Translations under genes and position numbers: made by a program
Shown here: positions 15,693-24,597 of the stretch, piece by piece
How the letters are laid out: the number at the start of each line of letters is the position of its first letter
Position numbering within the stretch: the stretch's first letter is position 1
Virus record (IMG/VR): IMGVR_UViG_3300005612_000020
Location: 1-25,981 of that record
DNA from: a virus
Taxonomy: Duplodnaviria; Caudoviricetes
Reading direction: 5' to 3' (one strand)
DNA length: 25,981 nucleotides
The notes under the pieces: generated by a model
Database searches by the model: none
What the model was told of the DNA's origin: nothing
The model's input: only the letters and a program-made list of their open reading frames with translations

Positions 15693-17764
15693 TACCCAAA
15701 CGCCCTCGCGTCCTGTCCAGCAACTGGATTGCCGGCCTGATCCAATGTCTGCGCTCCCGGGCCTTGTGGCTGACCGGCATTGAGCTGTGCCATGGCAGCT
15801 GTTTTCGCCTTCATGATGATCGTGTCACGGTCCGGAACCACATCATCGATTGGAATATCGAACGACTTCACGGACTCACGCAGTAGGGCTGCACGACCCT
15901 CAATACCCATAATCTGAAGATCAGTTGGATTATTTGTTTGAGCAAGGAATTCATTGCGCCTGATCATCTGCTGCTCTTTGGCAATCAGTGATGTCGACCC
16001 CTTGGCCACCGCATGCAGATCGCCTTTGATGCTGTTGTCTTTGTCATAAAGCATGTTGTGAATGTACGTGCGCTCGATGCTTCCCTCAATCGGCTTGTCC
16101 AGATTGGCAATAACCTGCTTAATACCGCGTGCTGCTGAACTCATCAGCATTGACAGACCAGAGGCGGTACCTGCGGCGCCACTACTGGAACCAGCGTCGC
16201 CATAAGCGTATTTTGGAATGCCGGTGTATTCATCGGCCAGATTGGAGAAAAACTCGTATACCGCCAGAAGTTCTTTGCTGTAGCTTTGAGGATTGTGGAA
16301 CCGGATAGCAGGATTATTCGTACCATGTGGATCACTGAGCGTCTGCCAGATCTTCCATGGGTGAAGATTTGTAATGTCCTCACCGATGGGAACTCGATCA
16401 GTGTGCACTTCGACCTGGGGTCCGGAAGCAATGGCCATGTTGTTGACCAGAGAGCGAGCTGCTGCATTGCAGACATCCTGCAGGTCTTTCATGATCTCCG
16501 GAACACCAAAGCCCCAGAAGGCGCCGGGAATTTCTTCGAATGAGCACTTATCGTATGGCCGCTTGCCCAGCGGATCCTCGTTGAGCACGCAGCGAATCAC
16601 GTAATTGCCGATTAACCAGGCATTGACCTCGTATTCAGCATTTAGATCACCAACTTTACTCGGATCCATGCCCCACTCGATCAGTAGTCGACCGGATACA
16701 GATCCCCAGAACTCCAGGGCATCCATGGTGTCATCGTAGTTCAGCCACTCATTTGGCCGTTTTTCCAACCATGCACGCTCTTGATCGCGCCACAACCACT
16801 CTCGCAGGCCTCCAGTGCCGTATGCGGTCAGTACCAGGTCAATAGCACCATCGTTATAGCCTGGCACGCCTTTCATCGCCACAAGGTCAGCACGGCGCAG
16901 ACGATGGCGTTCAAACAGATAACCATCGTTGACATCTTTGGATGATGGCGAGGGATATAGATCGAACGGCGCCACCCGGTACCACTCGAGCTTGAAATCA
17001 GTTCCTTTGACCGGTTGCCAGCCACCATCAGCTTGCTGTTCCCATTTCAGGGTTTTGCGACGACGAACAACCGGGCCTTTCAGGCATCCGATTGGATAAG
17101 TGACAACATCCTTGATCACATCCTTGATCGCATCTTCCCATTTACCCTCAACACACTGATCGGCAATCTTGTCTTCCATACGACCAGCAAGCTTGTCGGC
17201 CTCTTCCTGCATGCGCTCTTGCAGCTGCTCTTTGAGCTGTCCCATGCGTTCCTGCAAGGCTTCTTGCGGCAATACCTGCCCCGCCTCTGCCATCCATTGC
17301 TGCGCTTCAGCTGAGACATACTCAGCAACTGATGCCATGGTATCTGGGTCCAGCTCAGGTATCGGTGTGTGCTTGATTTTCCACGGCTTGTCATCAGCCG
17401 GGAATTCAACATCCTTGATCCATGCCTCTGCGGCCCGGCATTTGATGCTCGTCAGCATCATGTATATTTCAGATCCACCCTGGGCGCGTATCTGGGCTAG
17501 TTTATCGGGGGAGTATTCACCATTTCTGCGCCTAAGCGCGTCAATAATGCGTTCTTCGATGGTATTACGGGCAAATCGGGCAACTTCCCAATTATTTTTG
17601 ATTTTCCCGGCCAGGCCAAGAATGAATGGTGCGTTCTGTGCGGATTCTGCTTCTGATTTGGATAATCGCTCTGCTTCGAGGTCTGAATTGCTTTTGACCA
17701 TGACCAGGGGGTGTTGGGGCGCGTTCTTGGGGGATCTGGATAGCGTGACCGCAGCGTTTTCCAT
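15692..17764 (-). CDS. Portal protein (690 aa)
   Basis: Size and position after terL; podovirus portal-like motifs (PFDLYP, FWGFGVPE...D.Q...N...R....N......P, TASGLSMLM..A). Confidence 0.85.
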   Translation of the reverse strand: MENAAVTLSRSPKNAPQHPLVMVKSNSDLEAERLSKSEAESAQNAPFILGLAGKIKNNWEVARFARNTIEERIIDALRRRNGEYSPDKLAQIRAQGGSEIYMMLTSIKCRAAEAWIKDVEFPADDKPWKIKHTPIPELDPDTMASVAEYVSAEAQQWMAEAGQVLPQEALQERMGQLKEQLQERMQEEADKLAGRMEDKIADQCVEGKWEDAIKDVIKDVVTYPIGCLKGPVVRRRKTLKWEQQADGGWQPVKGTDFKLEWYRVAPFDLYPSPSSKDVNDGYLFERHRLRRADLVAMKGVPGYNDGAIDLVLTAYGTGGLREWLWRDQERAWLEKRPNEWLNYDDTMDALEFWGSVSGRLLIEWGMDPSKVGDLNAEYEVNAWLIGNYVIRCVLNEDPLGKRPYDKCSFEEIPGAFWGFGVPEIMKDLQDVCNAAARSLVNNMAIASGPQVEVHTDRVPIGEDITNLHPWKIWQTLSDPHGTNNPAIRFHNPQSYSKELLAVYEFFSNLADEYTGIPKYAYGDAGSSSGAAGTASGLSMLMSSAARGIKQVIANLDKPIEGSIERTYIHNMLYDKDNSIKGDLHAVAKGSTSLIAKEQQMIRRNEFLAQTNNPTDLQIMGIEGRAALLRESVKSFDIPIDDVVPDRDTIIMKAKTAAMAQLNAGQPQGPGAQTLDQAGNPVAGQDARAFG

Positions 17765-18234
17765 TAATGAATCGTCCTTTCTTGTGGGAGAGGACCGCCA
17801 TCACCAATAAAATTGGTTTCCATGGCTTCGTTATGCGCCTTGATGTCAGGCTTTAATTCGGGGAGTTCTGGCGGATCAGCCTCTTCGGACTCTTTGGCAA
17901 CGTGAGATCCGGTGTTGTAAATGGTGATTGTGTTCTCTTCCTGGCGGACCTTGCGCGCTTCCTGCGTCTGATCGCATAGCAGGCCGTAGAGGTGATCCAG
18001 GTAAGGTTTACCCTCGCGCTCGAGTCGGAGCAGATCAAGTTCGATGTTCACTTCGAGCATGTCTGCCGTTATAAAGTGGAACATAATCAGTGACTGATCC
18101 TTTTTGTTGTACAAAACATCGATGCCATAGCGGTTGCAGTCTTCAGGCGGCAATACGTTCTTATTCACACCTGGCTCCAGCATCTTGCAGAATGCTTCGA
18201 CTACATCGTCGCTTGTTATTTCAACTTTTGGCAC
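17764..18234 (-). CDS. Hypothetical protein (156 aa)
   Basis: Fills the terL-portal gap; stop overlaps portal ATG. Confidence 0.6.
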   Translation of the reverse strand: MPKVEITSDDVVEAFCKMLEPGVNKNVLPPEDCNRYGIDVLYNKKDQSLIMFHFITADMLEVNIELDLLRLEREGKPYLDHLYGLLCDQTQEARKVRQEENTITIYNTGSHVAKESEEADPPELPELKPDIKAHNEAMETNFIGDGGPLPQERTIH

Positions 18235-18255
18235 GTTAATCCCATAGTGTAAATT

Positions 18256-19758
18256 TCATGTCCAGCCACCCGCAGATTTGTTGGTAACCGGCCTTGCATG
18301 CGTCCGATAGGCCAGGTTTCGCGTATGACCCTTCATCGACATCATGCCGCAGTCCGACAGGTTTGGTGACGGTATCGGCGGTTTCAACTTCTTCATGTCG
18401 TCCTTGCTCATAATCTGAATGAGGCCGTTCGCATTGTATTTTTTCGGTATTCGGCATACCTCTGACCTGAATCTATCAATACAATCAATCTCAGAAGAGA
18501 TTGATATCATTGTTTCCGGATCTTTATACAGCTTCCGGGTTACTGCGATATGGGTGTTGTAAAACCGGTCCCGCAGATACCAGTAATACTGCGCCCGCTT
18601 GTTCCTGAACGTCTGAATGTTTGTTTTCGCATTCGATCGATCAATCATGTTGTCGGGCTGGTAGATATCTTCCGGATTATCTACGCCTTCCGATCCCTTG
18701 AACATTTCGATATCCATTCGCTTGCCGTCCAGGGCAGTGGTAATCTGGCGCTTTAAACCAGCACCAAGACCATCACAATCCCATCGGAATACATCGGCCT
18801 GGTACTCCATGGCCCAGTACGTCGCCCAATCGGCCTTTTCGTTCACATCACCGGTTGTCTTTTCCTGAATATCAAAAATGACCGAGCCCTGCCGGGCTAA
18901 TATGCCCGCCGGATCATTCTTTCCGCGCTTTGTCTCATCAGATGGATCATGCGTTAATATCGTCGCACCGATCTGCTGAAAACCCAGGGCCAGGTGTGCA
19001 TCGATGGCTGAATTGAACCATTCTGTTGGGATAATGGCGCCTTCAACCGTATCATTGAACTTGCCAAGCCAGATATGCTCGTATTCAGCTGCGGATAGAT
19101 ATTGCTCATCAAATGCCCGTTCATCTTCGAGCACTTGCGGGAAAAACGGATTGTCCAGGTAATTACAGACGATGATCAGATGCAGATCGTCCTCGTAATA
19201 ACCATCCCGGTCCAGCTCGCGCTGAAATGGATTAATGAAACGCTGGCTGAATGGATCAGCACTGGACATCGGGTTAGCCGTCATCCAGATTTCGGATTCT
19301 TCGGTTCGCAGTGTTGGCGTCAGCGTCTTTAGCGAATCTTCACTGAGAAATTGCGCCTCTTCAACCCAAAACCGTTTAAATCCGTGCATCGATTTCATGG
19401 CCGATGTGTTCCTGGCCAGCCCGCGATACTTGATCAAACCGCCGCTTCGATGCTTGATCTGGTTCGCCTGGGTGTTGAATCCATCGGCTTCAATACGATC
19501 AATCTCGTCTGAAAGCAGAGAGTGCACCGAGTCATCGATGGAGTTCATGTATTCACGAAAACAACCGATCTTCAGGGCTTTCGTTGCCGTGTCCTTCAAG
19601 CAAAGGTCGCCAACCGTCTGCGACTTGGCAGATCCGCGGCCACCAATGATAATTTTGTAGCGTTTTTTCTTCTCGATTAACGGCTCAAGAATCCGCGGGC
19701 AAAGGATCTCAGTTGAATCACCAAGGTCGGCTTCCTTCGTATAGCTAGGTAGACTCAA
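18256..19758 (-). CDS. terL: Terminase large subunit, PBSX-like (500 aa)
   Basis: Walker A GGRGSAKS, Walker B FWVEEAQ, coupling motif TANP, NY.DNPFFP, C-terminal nuclease with SPNLSD. Confidence 0.93.
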   Translation of the reverse strand: MSLPSYTKEADLGDSTEILCPRILEPLIEKKKRYKIIIGGRGSAKSQTVGDLCLKDTATKALKIGCFREYMNSIDDSVHSLLSDEIDRIEADGFNTQANQIKHRSGGLIKYRGLARNTSAMKSMHGFKRFWVEEAQFLSEDSLKTLTPTLRTEESEIWMTANPMSSADPFSQRFINPFQRELDRDGYYEDDLHLIIVCNYLDNPFFPQVLEDERAFDEQYLSAAEYEHIWLGKFNDTVEGAIIPTEWFNSAIDAHLALGFQQIGATILTHDPSDETKRGKNDPAGILARQGSVIFDIQEKTTGDVNEKADWATYWAMEYQADVFRWDCDGLGAGLKRQITTALDGKRMDIEMFKGSEGVDNPEDIYQPDNMIDRSNAKTNIQTFRNKRAQYYWYLRDRFYNTHIAVTRKLYKDPETMISISSEIDCIDRFRSEVCRIPKKYNANGLIQIMSKDDMKKLKPPIPSPNLSDCGMMSMKGHTRNLAYRTHARPVTNKSAGGWT

Positions 19759-20234
19759 GGCTCAATGACTTTTCGAGCACCGGTCTTTGCGTCTACGATC
19801 GTCACTCGCCAGTTCTGGTCGATTGGTTTGCCGTCATCGTCCTTCGGCTTGAATGCGCAAACATCAACGTGCTCGCCCATGATCTTCAGCGCCTTGCCGG
19901 CCCCGGCAGAATCGAACTTGTATTCACCAGTTGGAACACCATCGCTGTCGGTAACCTGTTCACGCTGCATACAACGCTCGAACATTTCCTTGGCGCCCTT
20001 CAGTACATAAACTGCATCAACATCAGCTTTTTCCTGTGCTTCCTTCGCAAGTTTGGCAATTAATTCTTGAACTGCAGGTATCTGAAGAATTTCACAGGCA
20101 TAAACTCTTGCCCCTTTTTTGGCGAATCCTGCGCGTTCAGCTGCCTTTTGTCCATTGAAATCAATGACATATTCATGACAAAACCGAATCCTCTTTGGCG
20201 TCATCTTCGGTTCTTTCTTAGCAGGCTTTGTCAT
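19755..20234 (-). CDS. terS: Terminase small subunit (159 aa)
   Basis: TPKRIRFCHEYVIDFNGQKAAERAGF N-terminal HTH pattern of Terminase_2 proteins; 4-nt overlap with terL. Confidence 0.88.
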   Translation of the reverse strand: MTKPAKKEPKMTPKRIRFCHEYVIDFNGQKAAERAGFAKKGARVYACEILQIPAVQELIAKLAKEAQEKADVDAVYVLKGAKEMFERCMQREQVTDSDGVPTGEYKFDSAGAGKALKIMGEHVDVCAFKPKDDDGKPIDQNWRVTIVDAKTGARKVIEP

Positions 20235-20254
20235 AATTTATTTAAAATTAAAGG

Positions 20255-20293
20255 AGGGCGGATACACCTTCGCCAGATAAGTATACCCGCCCT
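20255..20293 (-). promoter_or_regulatory. Strong hairpin in the terS leader
   Basis: Minus strand AGGGCGGGTATAC...GTGTATCCGCCCT, 13-bp stem with two G.U pairs, followed by CCTTTAATTTT. Confidence 0.5.
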
Positions 20294-20308
20294 GGAGGAA
20301 ACGCTGTT

Positions 20309-20497
20309 TTAGCTTACGCCGCTCTGCTTTGACGCAGTGTGATGGCGGCTCGAGCTGGAACCAGGTGGTTTGTTCTTGCTGGAAAATTCCAGATTAGGCG
20401 ACTTCGAAGTCTCTGGATTGTTACCAGGACTGGCCGGGTTATGGCTTTTCATGCCGCCTTTCTTGCTATTTGGTTCGTGACCTTTGGTCATTTTCAT
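20309..20497 (-). CDS. Small basic low-complexity protein (62 aa)
   Basis: AGGAG SD; K/S/N/P-rich; first ORF after the candidate late promoter/terminator. Confidence 0.6.
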   Translation of the reverse strand: MKMTKGHEPNSKKGGMKSHNPASPGNNPETSKSPNLEFSSKNKPPGSSSSRHHTASKQSGVS

Positions 20498-20524
20498 GAT
20501 TGTAAACTCCTAAATTATGCGCAT

Positions 20525-20555
20525 AAAAAAAGCCCGGGTAGCGAACCAGGGCTTT
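20525..20555 (-). terminator. Intrinsic terminator upstream of the late genes
   Basis: Minus strand AAAGCCC-TGGTTCGCTACCC-GGGCTTTTTTT. Confidence 0.7.
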
Positions 20556-20589
20556 GTTTTGGGGGATTGAATAACAATCTACATAATCG

Positions 20590-20619
20590 ATACTAAATCA
20601 TGTGATGTTTTTTTGTCAA
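20590..20619 (-). promoter_or_regulatory. Candidate sigma70-type late promoter
   Basis: TTGACA (20619-20614), 18-nt spacer, TAGTAT (20595-20590). Confidence 0.5.
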
Positions 20620-20942
20620 TCAATTTTTGCAACTTGGTCGATCTGATAACCCATCCAAGCAGCATATCCGATGTTTCGATGCTCTGGAACCTCGTCACCA
20701 GGCTGTATTAGCAATATACATTCACGGTTGAAAGGGCGACCTTCAGCATCAAAGCAGGCGAGATTCACGCTTCTATCACTTAAAACAGCCGCCACAAGAC
20801 CAATAACAGGATCTTTACCGTTGCACATCACCCTTTCATTGATCCCAGGATAATAATGCACCACGCGGCCTACGGTCGGTTTGATGACGATAGGTGGAGC
20901 TTCTTGCTGATCTTCGTGTTCATTTTCATTTACTTCTGGCAT
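20616..20942 (-). CDS. Conserved phage hypothetical protein (108 aa)
   Basis: IKPTVGRVVHY...VNL..FD..G...WM.YQ pattern; GAGG SD region. Confidence 0.7.
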   Translation of the reverse strand: MPEVNENEHEDQQEAPPIVIKPTVGRVVHYYPGINERVMCNGKDPVIGLVAAVLSDRSVNLACFDAEGRPFNRECILLIQPGDEVPEHRNIGYAAWMGYQIDQVAKID

Positions 20943-20963
20943 TTCTCGTTTCCTCTGTTGTGG

Positions 20964-21182
20964 TTAATCTATTTCAGGATTCATCTGGTTAATTATGCAG
21001 GCTTTGCCAATGTCAACAATTGCATTGATCTCAGCAAGTTTGTCAGTGGTTGCTGAAATGTACAGATCACCATCGTCTGTAATACCAATAATCACGACAT
21101 CGTTGAACTCAACATCCCTGGCCGCATCGAACAAAACGCTGGCTTCGACGCGGCCAAAAGGGAATAGTTTGACGTTGCTCAT
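20964..21182 (-). CDS. Hypothetical protein (72 aa)
   Basis: ATGA coupling with upstream ORF; V.IIG...DG.LY pattern seen in small phage proteins. Confidence 0.6.
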   Translation of the reverse strand: MSNVKLFPFGRVEASVLFDAARDVEFNDVVIIGITDDGDLYISATTDKLAEINAIVDIGKACIINQMNPEID

Positions 21183-21304
21183 CGCCTGGATTCTTTGAAA
21201 TCCTTCTTCAGCCGCTTGTATTCCTTCCTCGTGACTGATTCTTTCTGGCCAACCGTATTATCTTCGGCCATTCGTCGCAGTTGCTTTGCTCGTCTGCCGT
21301 TCAT
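21179..21304 (-). CDS. Small basic protein (41 aa; absent from the ORF track)
   Basis: MNGRRAKQLRRMAEDNTVGQKESVTRKEYKRLKKDFKESRR; GGAGG SD; ATGA overlaps at both ends. Confidence 0.65.
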   Translation of the reverse strand: MNGRRAKQLRRMAEDNTVGQKESVTRKEYKRLKKDFKESRR

Positions 21305-21633
21305 TTATCCTCCAGGTTTAATTGCTTGAATACGATGGTTCTCATATCAGCCAAGTGATCTTGTGTTGATTTGAGCATGCCTGTACTACCGGAACCTTCG
21401 GACGGCCTTAATCCACAGCGCCAGAGCTCATCGATTAGCTGTTGGCCCTGCTCGATATCGATCCTGATAAACGGAACCGTATGAAGGGCGCCATCCTCGA
21501 TCTCTTCCATGACCATGGCTTGCGCTACATGGGTCTTATGGCCTTCATATACCTGCCTTGCATACAGGCTAATGCCAAGATCCCATTCTTCGCGCCTTGC
21601 CATGAACTCAAGTGGATGTATGTCGCCTTTCAT
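21301..21633 (-). CDS. Hypothetical protein (110 aa)
   Basis: ATGA overlaps; QQLIDELWRCGLRP...HL.DMR pattern. Confidence 0.65.
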   Translation of the reverse strand: MKGDIHPLEFMARREEWDLGISLYARQVYEGHKTHVAQAMVMEEIEDGALHTVPFIRIDIEQGQQLIDELWRCGLRPSEGSGSTGMLKSTQDHLADMRTIVFKQLNLEDK

Positions 21634-21830
21634 ATTTTTGCCCTTTTCTGGCGAAAGTATTCAGAAATGATCCCGCCCGGGTTGCTGTGATCGGCCCTGT
21701 GCTTGCTGCAGGCTTTGGCGATCTTGCTTTTGCCATGCCCGCCTCCGAACGCACCTTTCGTTGGTCCAAAGTTACTTACCTTGGTTGCAGTTGCCGCTGT
21801 TTTCTTCAATAGGTCGTCTAAAAAGCTCAT
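21630..21830 (-). CDS. Hypothetical basic protein (66 aa)
   Basis: GGAGG SD; ATGA overlaps at both ends. Confidence 0.55.
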   Translation of the reverse strand: MSFLDDLLKKTAATATKVSNFGPTKGAFGGGHGKSKIAKACSKHRADHSNPGGIISEYFRQKRAKI

Positions 21831-22606
21831 GTTTCCTCCAATGATGAATAGTAGTTGTTCGGTATAAATCGCTCCAAGTCATGCTCTAAAGCCCATTCTT
21901 TCAGCTTCCAGGGCGGTACCTGCTTCCAGCTGTCATAGCCAAGCTTGGCTTTCAGGGTTTCCCAGCACCACTGCTGCAGGTATTCGATTCGCTTCTTATC
22001 CCACCAGTCGCGGCCACCAACGGCGGAGTATCCATGATCAGTTTGAGCTTGGTGTCGTTTGTAGCATAGGGGAATTGCGCTGTATGGAGGCTTTATGCCT
22101 GTACCAGAGCCATTGGCTACGCGTCGATTATGCGCAGCAATTACTGGATTACCATCGGCAAGGCATTGTTTTCCGTCCCATGCGCACGGCTGCTTCCTGA
22201 TCCACGCCAGAAACTCATCATCCGTTCCAACAGCACGCCACACTTCAGGCCTGCGGAAGAAATCAGACTGACGGAGCTCGCGGGCCTGCTGGCCGTAGTC
22301 ATGAAGCCTTGGATCACTGATTATCTGACCTATGGCTACTGGCTCGCTATCACCGTACATTCGTGCCCTCACGGTATCAACAGCTTTTCCGCTGGTATGT
22401 GTGATATCACCTGGCCATGATTCATCTTGCTCTGGTAACTGCTTGAGGTCCAACGGCGCAATGGCCACGTCCATATCAATATCCGGGAACAGTTTATGAA
22501 ACTGCGCTTTGTGCCGCGGCTCGATGTCGATTTGAATCCTGAGCGTACCATCAACTAGCTCTTTGACGGCCTTGCGCGTGCCAGCGATGGCGAGATTATC
22601 ACTCAT
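21827..22606 (-). CDS. DUF968-like (HNH-related, Zn-binding) domain protein (259 aa from ATG 22606)
   Basis: FLAWIRKQPC...AAH.R...GTGIKP..SAIPLC..H..Q motif; start placed at the ATGAGTGA overlap rather than the ORF-track TTG. Confidence 0.6.
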   Translation of the reverse strand: MSDNLAIAGTRKAVKELVDGTLRIQIDIEPRHKAQFHKLFPDIDMDVAIAPLDLKQLPEQDESWPGDITHTSGKAVDTVRARMYGDSEPVAIGQIISDPRLHDYGQQARELRQSDFFRRPEVWRAVGTDDEFLAWIRKQPCAWDGKQCLADGNPVIAAHNRRVANGSGTGIKPPYSAIPLCYKRHQAQTDHGYSAVGGRDWWDKKRIEYLQQWCWETLKAKLGYDSWKQVPPWKLKEWALEHDLERFIPNNYYSSLEET

Positions 22607-22991
22607 CTTCTGCTGGCTCATCGCCCAGTGGATAGCCGGTAATTCTTGCTTCGTCAAATGTCATCCCGCTAGGGAATCCCCCATCAAAAGAAAAAGTAAG
22701 TTCTTCTGTACCGCCTTCAATTACCAGACCAGGTATCTCGGTCCAGTCTGGAGTAATCGCCGGGATAAGTTCGCCTTCCGAGATAGTGATTGTTGTCGGT
22801 GGATTATCTTTGGTTTCGTATTCAATCACTGCCGTTCCACTCGCAAGCATTTCCATTGATGTCGGAAACTTCGTTATCCTGGCGCCCGCTGGTATTAAGC
22901 ACAAGATTGCGGCCTCATCCGGCTTGACAGCAAGCTTGCGTGAAATAAGTTCTATCTGCTCTTTGTTCAGAATGATTGTGGTAATGGCCAT
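22599..22991 (-). CDS. Hypothetical protein (130 aa)
   Basis: Coupled to both neighbours; acidic. Confidence 0.55.
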   Translation of the reverse strand: MAITTIILNKEQIELISRKLAVKPDEAAILCLIPAGARITKFPTSMEMLASGTAVIEYETKDNPPTTITISEGELIPAITPDWTEIPGLVIEGGTEELTFSFDGGFPSGMTFDEARITGYPLGDEPAEDE

Positions 22992-23623
22992 TAGCTACCC
23001 GTATATACCGTGTTATATCCGCTAGTCGTGTATCCGCTAAATATTGTATTCTTGCGTTTTTCAACATCACAGTCGTAATCTTTCAGCATGCCCTGCACAA
23101 TGCTAATGATCTCAATCTCTTGCTCAAGCTTGGTTTTCTGAAGCCCGCAATCCTCAATAAGCTGATTGATCACACCATCGAACACATTGCCATCGTCTTT
23201 ACCATGATAGTGGATACGCTTCTTGATCTTTAAACAGTTCTCGATCGATGCCTCTGTTTTTTTGAGATCAAGTAAAGCCTGATCTATTCCATTACCCAGG
23301 GTCATTTTCATTACCTTGACCATATCCTCATCGGGCTTTGCCTGAAGAATGAATTGATTAAACATCAGCGCCAATCGCTCACGCGCAATTGTTTCGACTG
23401 TTCTGATCGGAATCGTTGTGTCCTCGCCGCGGTCGTACCTGGCACGCTTGTCTGGATCGATCAACGTCCTGTAGGCCAAGCTCACGGCCTGGAACTCATC
23501 GACGCCGCCACCCTTGTCCGGATGCACAGACTGCGCAATTTTGCGATAAGCGTCGCGGATCTCTGCATCTGATGCTGCTCGATCGATGCCGAGTATTTCG
23601 TAGTAATCTTTCAAGCCACCCAC
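22991..23623 (-). CDS. J-domain (DnaJ-type) co-chaperone protein (210 aa)
   Basis: DYYEILGI...AS..EIRDAYRK.A...HPDK...F..V..AY..L.DP.KR..YD with intact HPD; C-terminal coiled coil. Confidence 0.9.
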   Translation of the reverse strand: MGGLKDYYEILGIDRAASDAEIRDAYRKIAQSVHPDKGGGVDEFQAVSLAYRTLIDPDKRARYDRGEDTTIPIRTVETIARERLALMFNQFILQAKPDEDMVKVMKMTLGNGIDQALLDLKKTEASIENCLKIKKRIHYHGKDDGNVFDGVINQLIEDCGLQKTKLEQEIEIISIVQGMLKDYDCDVEKRKNTIFSGYTTSGYNTVYTGS

Positions 23624-24156
23624 CCCCTCAACTTCAATTCCGGCCAGAGCTCATGCTCTGCCTGGTCCAGCCAACTGTAAACAATACCTTTGGCTTCGTG
23701 CCTGAGTATTCGCCATGAATCTGACTTACTGAATTGCTCTCTTGATATTCCGACACCACGCGCCATGCGCTTGATTGGATATCGCTTGCCATAAAGCTCT
23801 ACGCTGCGCGCTGCCTTGATCGTACTCACACCCAGGGCAATCAACTGGTATTGCTTCTTTTTCCTTGCGGCATCGATGCTGTTGATCCTGGTCGCCACCT
23901 CTTCACCAAGCAGCAAGTCACGATCCCGGTCCCGGCCAGCGTACACGGCTTTCATCGCGATGCCCTTCCATGGTAAGCAGGCCTGCGTCAAAGAACTGAT
24001 CGTCATAGCAATATCAATTGCCTCCTGGCGTGTGATATCTCCGGATCCCGGCTTACTCAACAAAGCTCCGAGCGTTGTTTTCATCGTCGTCAATGTCGCA
24101 ACCTCTTCGGACCACCGGACGGCTGCGCTGACGCTGTGAAAGATGATTTCACTCAT
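23611..24156 (-). CDS. Putative Q-like antiterminator/transcription regulator (181 aa from ATG 24156)
   Basis: C-terminal HTH-like IKRMARGVGISREQF...W followed by a long helix; position downstream of the VRR-NUC gene as in lambdoid nin regions. Function is inferred. Confidence 0.4.
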   Translation of the reverse strand: MSEIIFHSVSAAVRWSEEVATLTTMKTTLGALLSKPGSGDITRQEAIDIAMTISSLTQACLPWKGIAMKAVYAGRDRDRDLLLGEEVATRINSIDAARKKKQYQLIALGVSTIKAARSVELYGKRYPIKRMARGVGISREQFSKSDSWRILRHEAKGIVYSWLDQAEHELWPELKLRGWVA

Positions 24157-24433
24157 CTTGCCATTCAAGCAATAAATCAGCTGATTCACCCTCATCATCC
24201 ATTCGATGATTAAGTGGCCATGCGTACTTTACTTGATTTGAGGTACCCTCATCACCAGAGCCAATCCATACCTCAGTTTCCTCACCTGTGTACGCATTGT
24301 TCTCAGGCCAGTCTTTGACTAGATCCTTGAGCTCGCGCACCGTCATTCCATTAACAAAGCCTACTGGTATAAGTTTTCTGGTCATTTTCCCCTCGGCCTT
24401 CATTGCGCTTTCCCACGCTCCATCATCGTTCAC
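24149..24433 (-). CDS. Hypothetical protein (up to 94 aa; start uncertain)
   Basis: MTVRELKDLV..WP pattern; coupled to neighbours. Confidence 0.55.
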   Translation of the reverse strand: MNDDGAWESAMKAEGKMTRKLIPVGFVNGMTVRELKDLVKDWPENNAYTGEETEVWIGSGDEGTSNQVKYAWPLNHRMDDEGESADLLLEWQDE

Positions 24434-24597
24434 TCTGTTTCAGCCTCAATTATTTTTTTGAGCTTTATGACGCATTTAATCATCGTATCGCTAACGACAC
24501 TGTGTTCAGGCGTTTCAAGATAAACGGTCGCACCATCTTTGTACAAAATGATGTGCTCCTGCGCCATGATCCACTTGATTGCTTCGAGGTCGTTCAT
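24430..24597 (-). CDS. Hypothetical protein (55 aa; absent from the ORF track)
   Basis: MNDLEAIKWIMAQEHIILYKDGATVYLETPEHSVVSDTMIKCVIKLKKIIEAETE; 4-nt overlaps at both ends. Confidence 0.55.
   Translation of the reverse strand: MNDLEAIKWIMAQEHIILYKDGATVYLETPEHSVVSDTMIKCVIKLKKIIEAETE

Noticed and set aside
17169-17810. Plus-strand ORFs (this 213-aa one, 4027-4569, 11418-11885 and others)
   Set aside because: Antisense shadows of well-supported minus-strand genes, Ser/Cys-rich, with no recognisable motifs.
18256-19758. Intein or intron in terL
   Set aside because: Continuous 500-aa ORF with normal motif spacing.
21179-21304. Apparent frameshift in the small basic gene
   Set aside because: Re-reading gives ATG AAC GGC, an intact 41-aa ORF.
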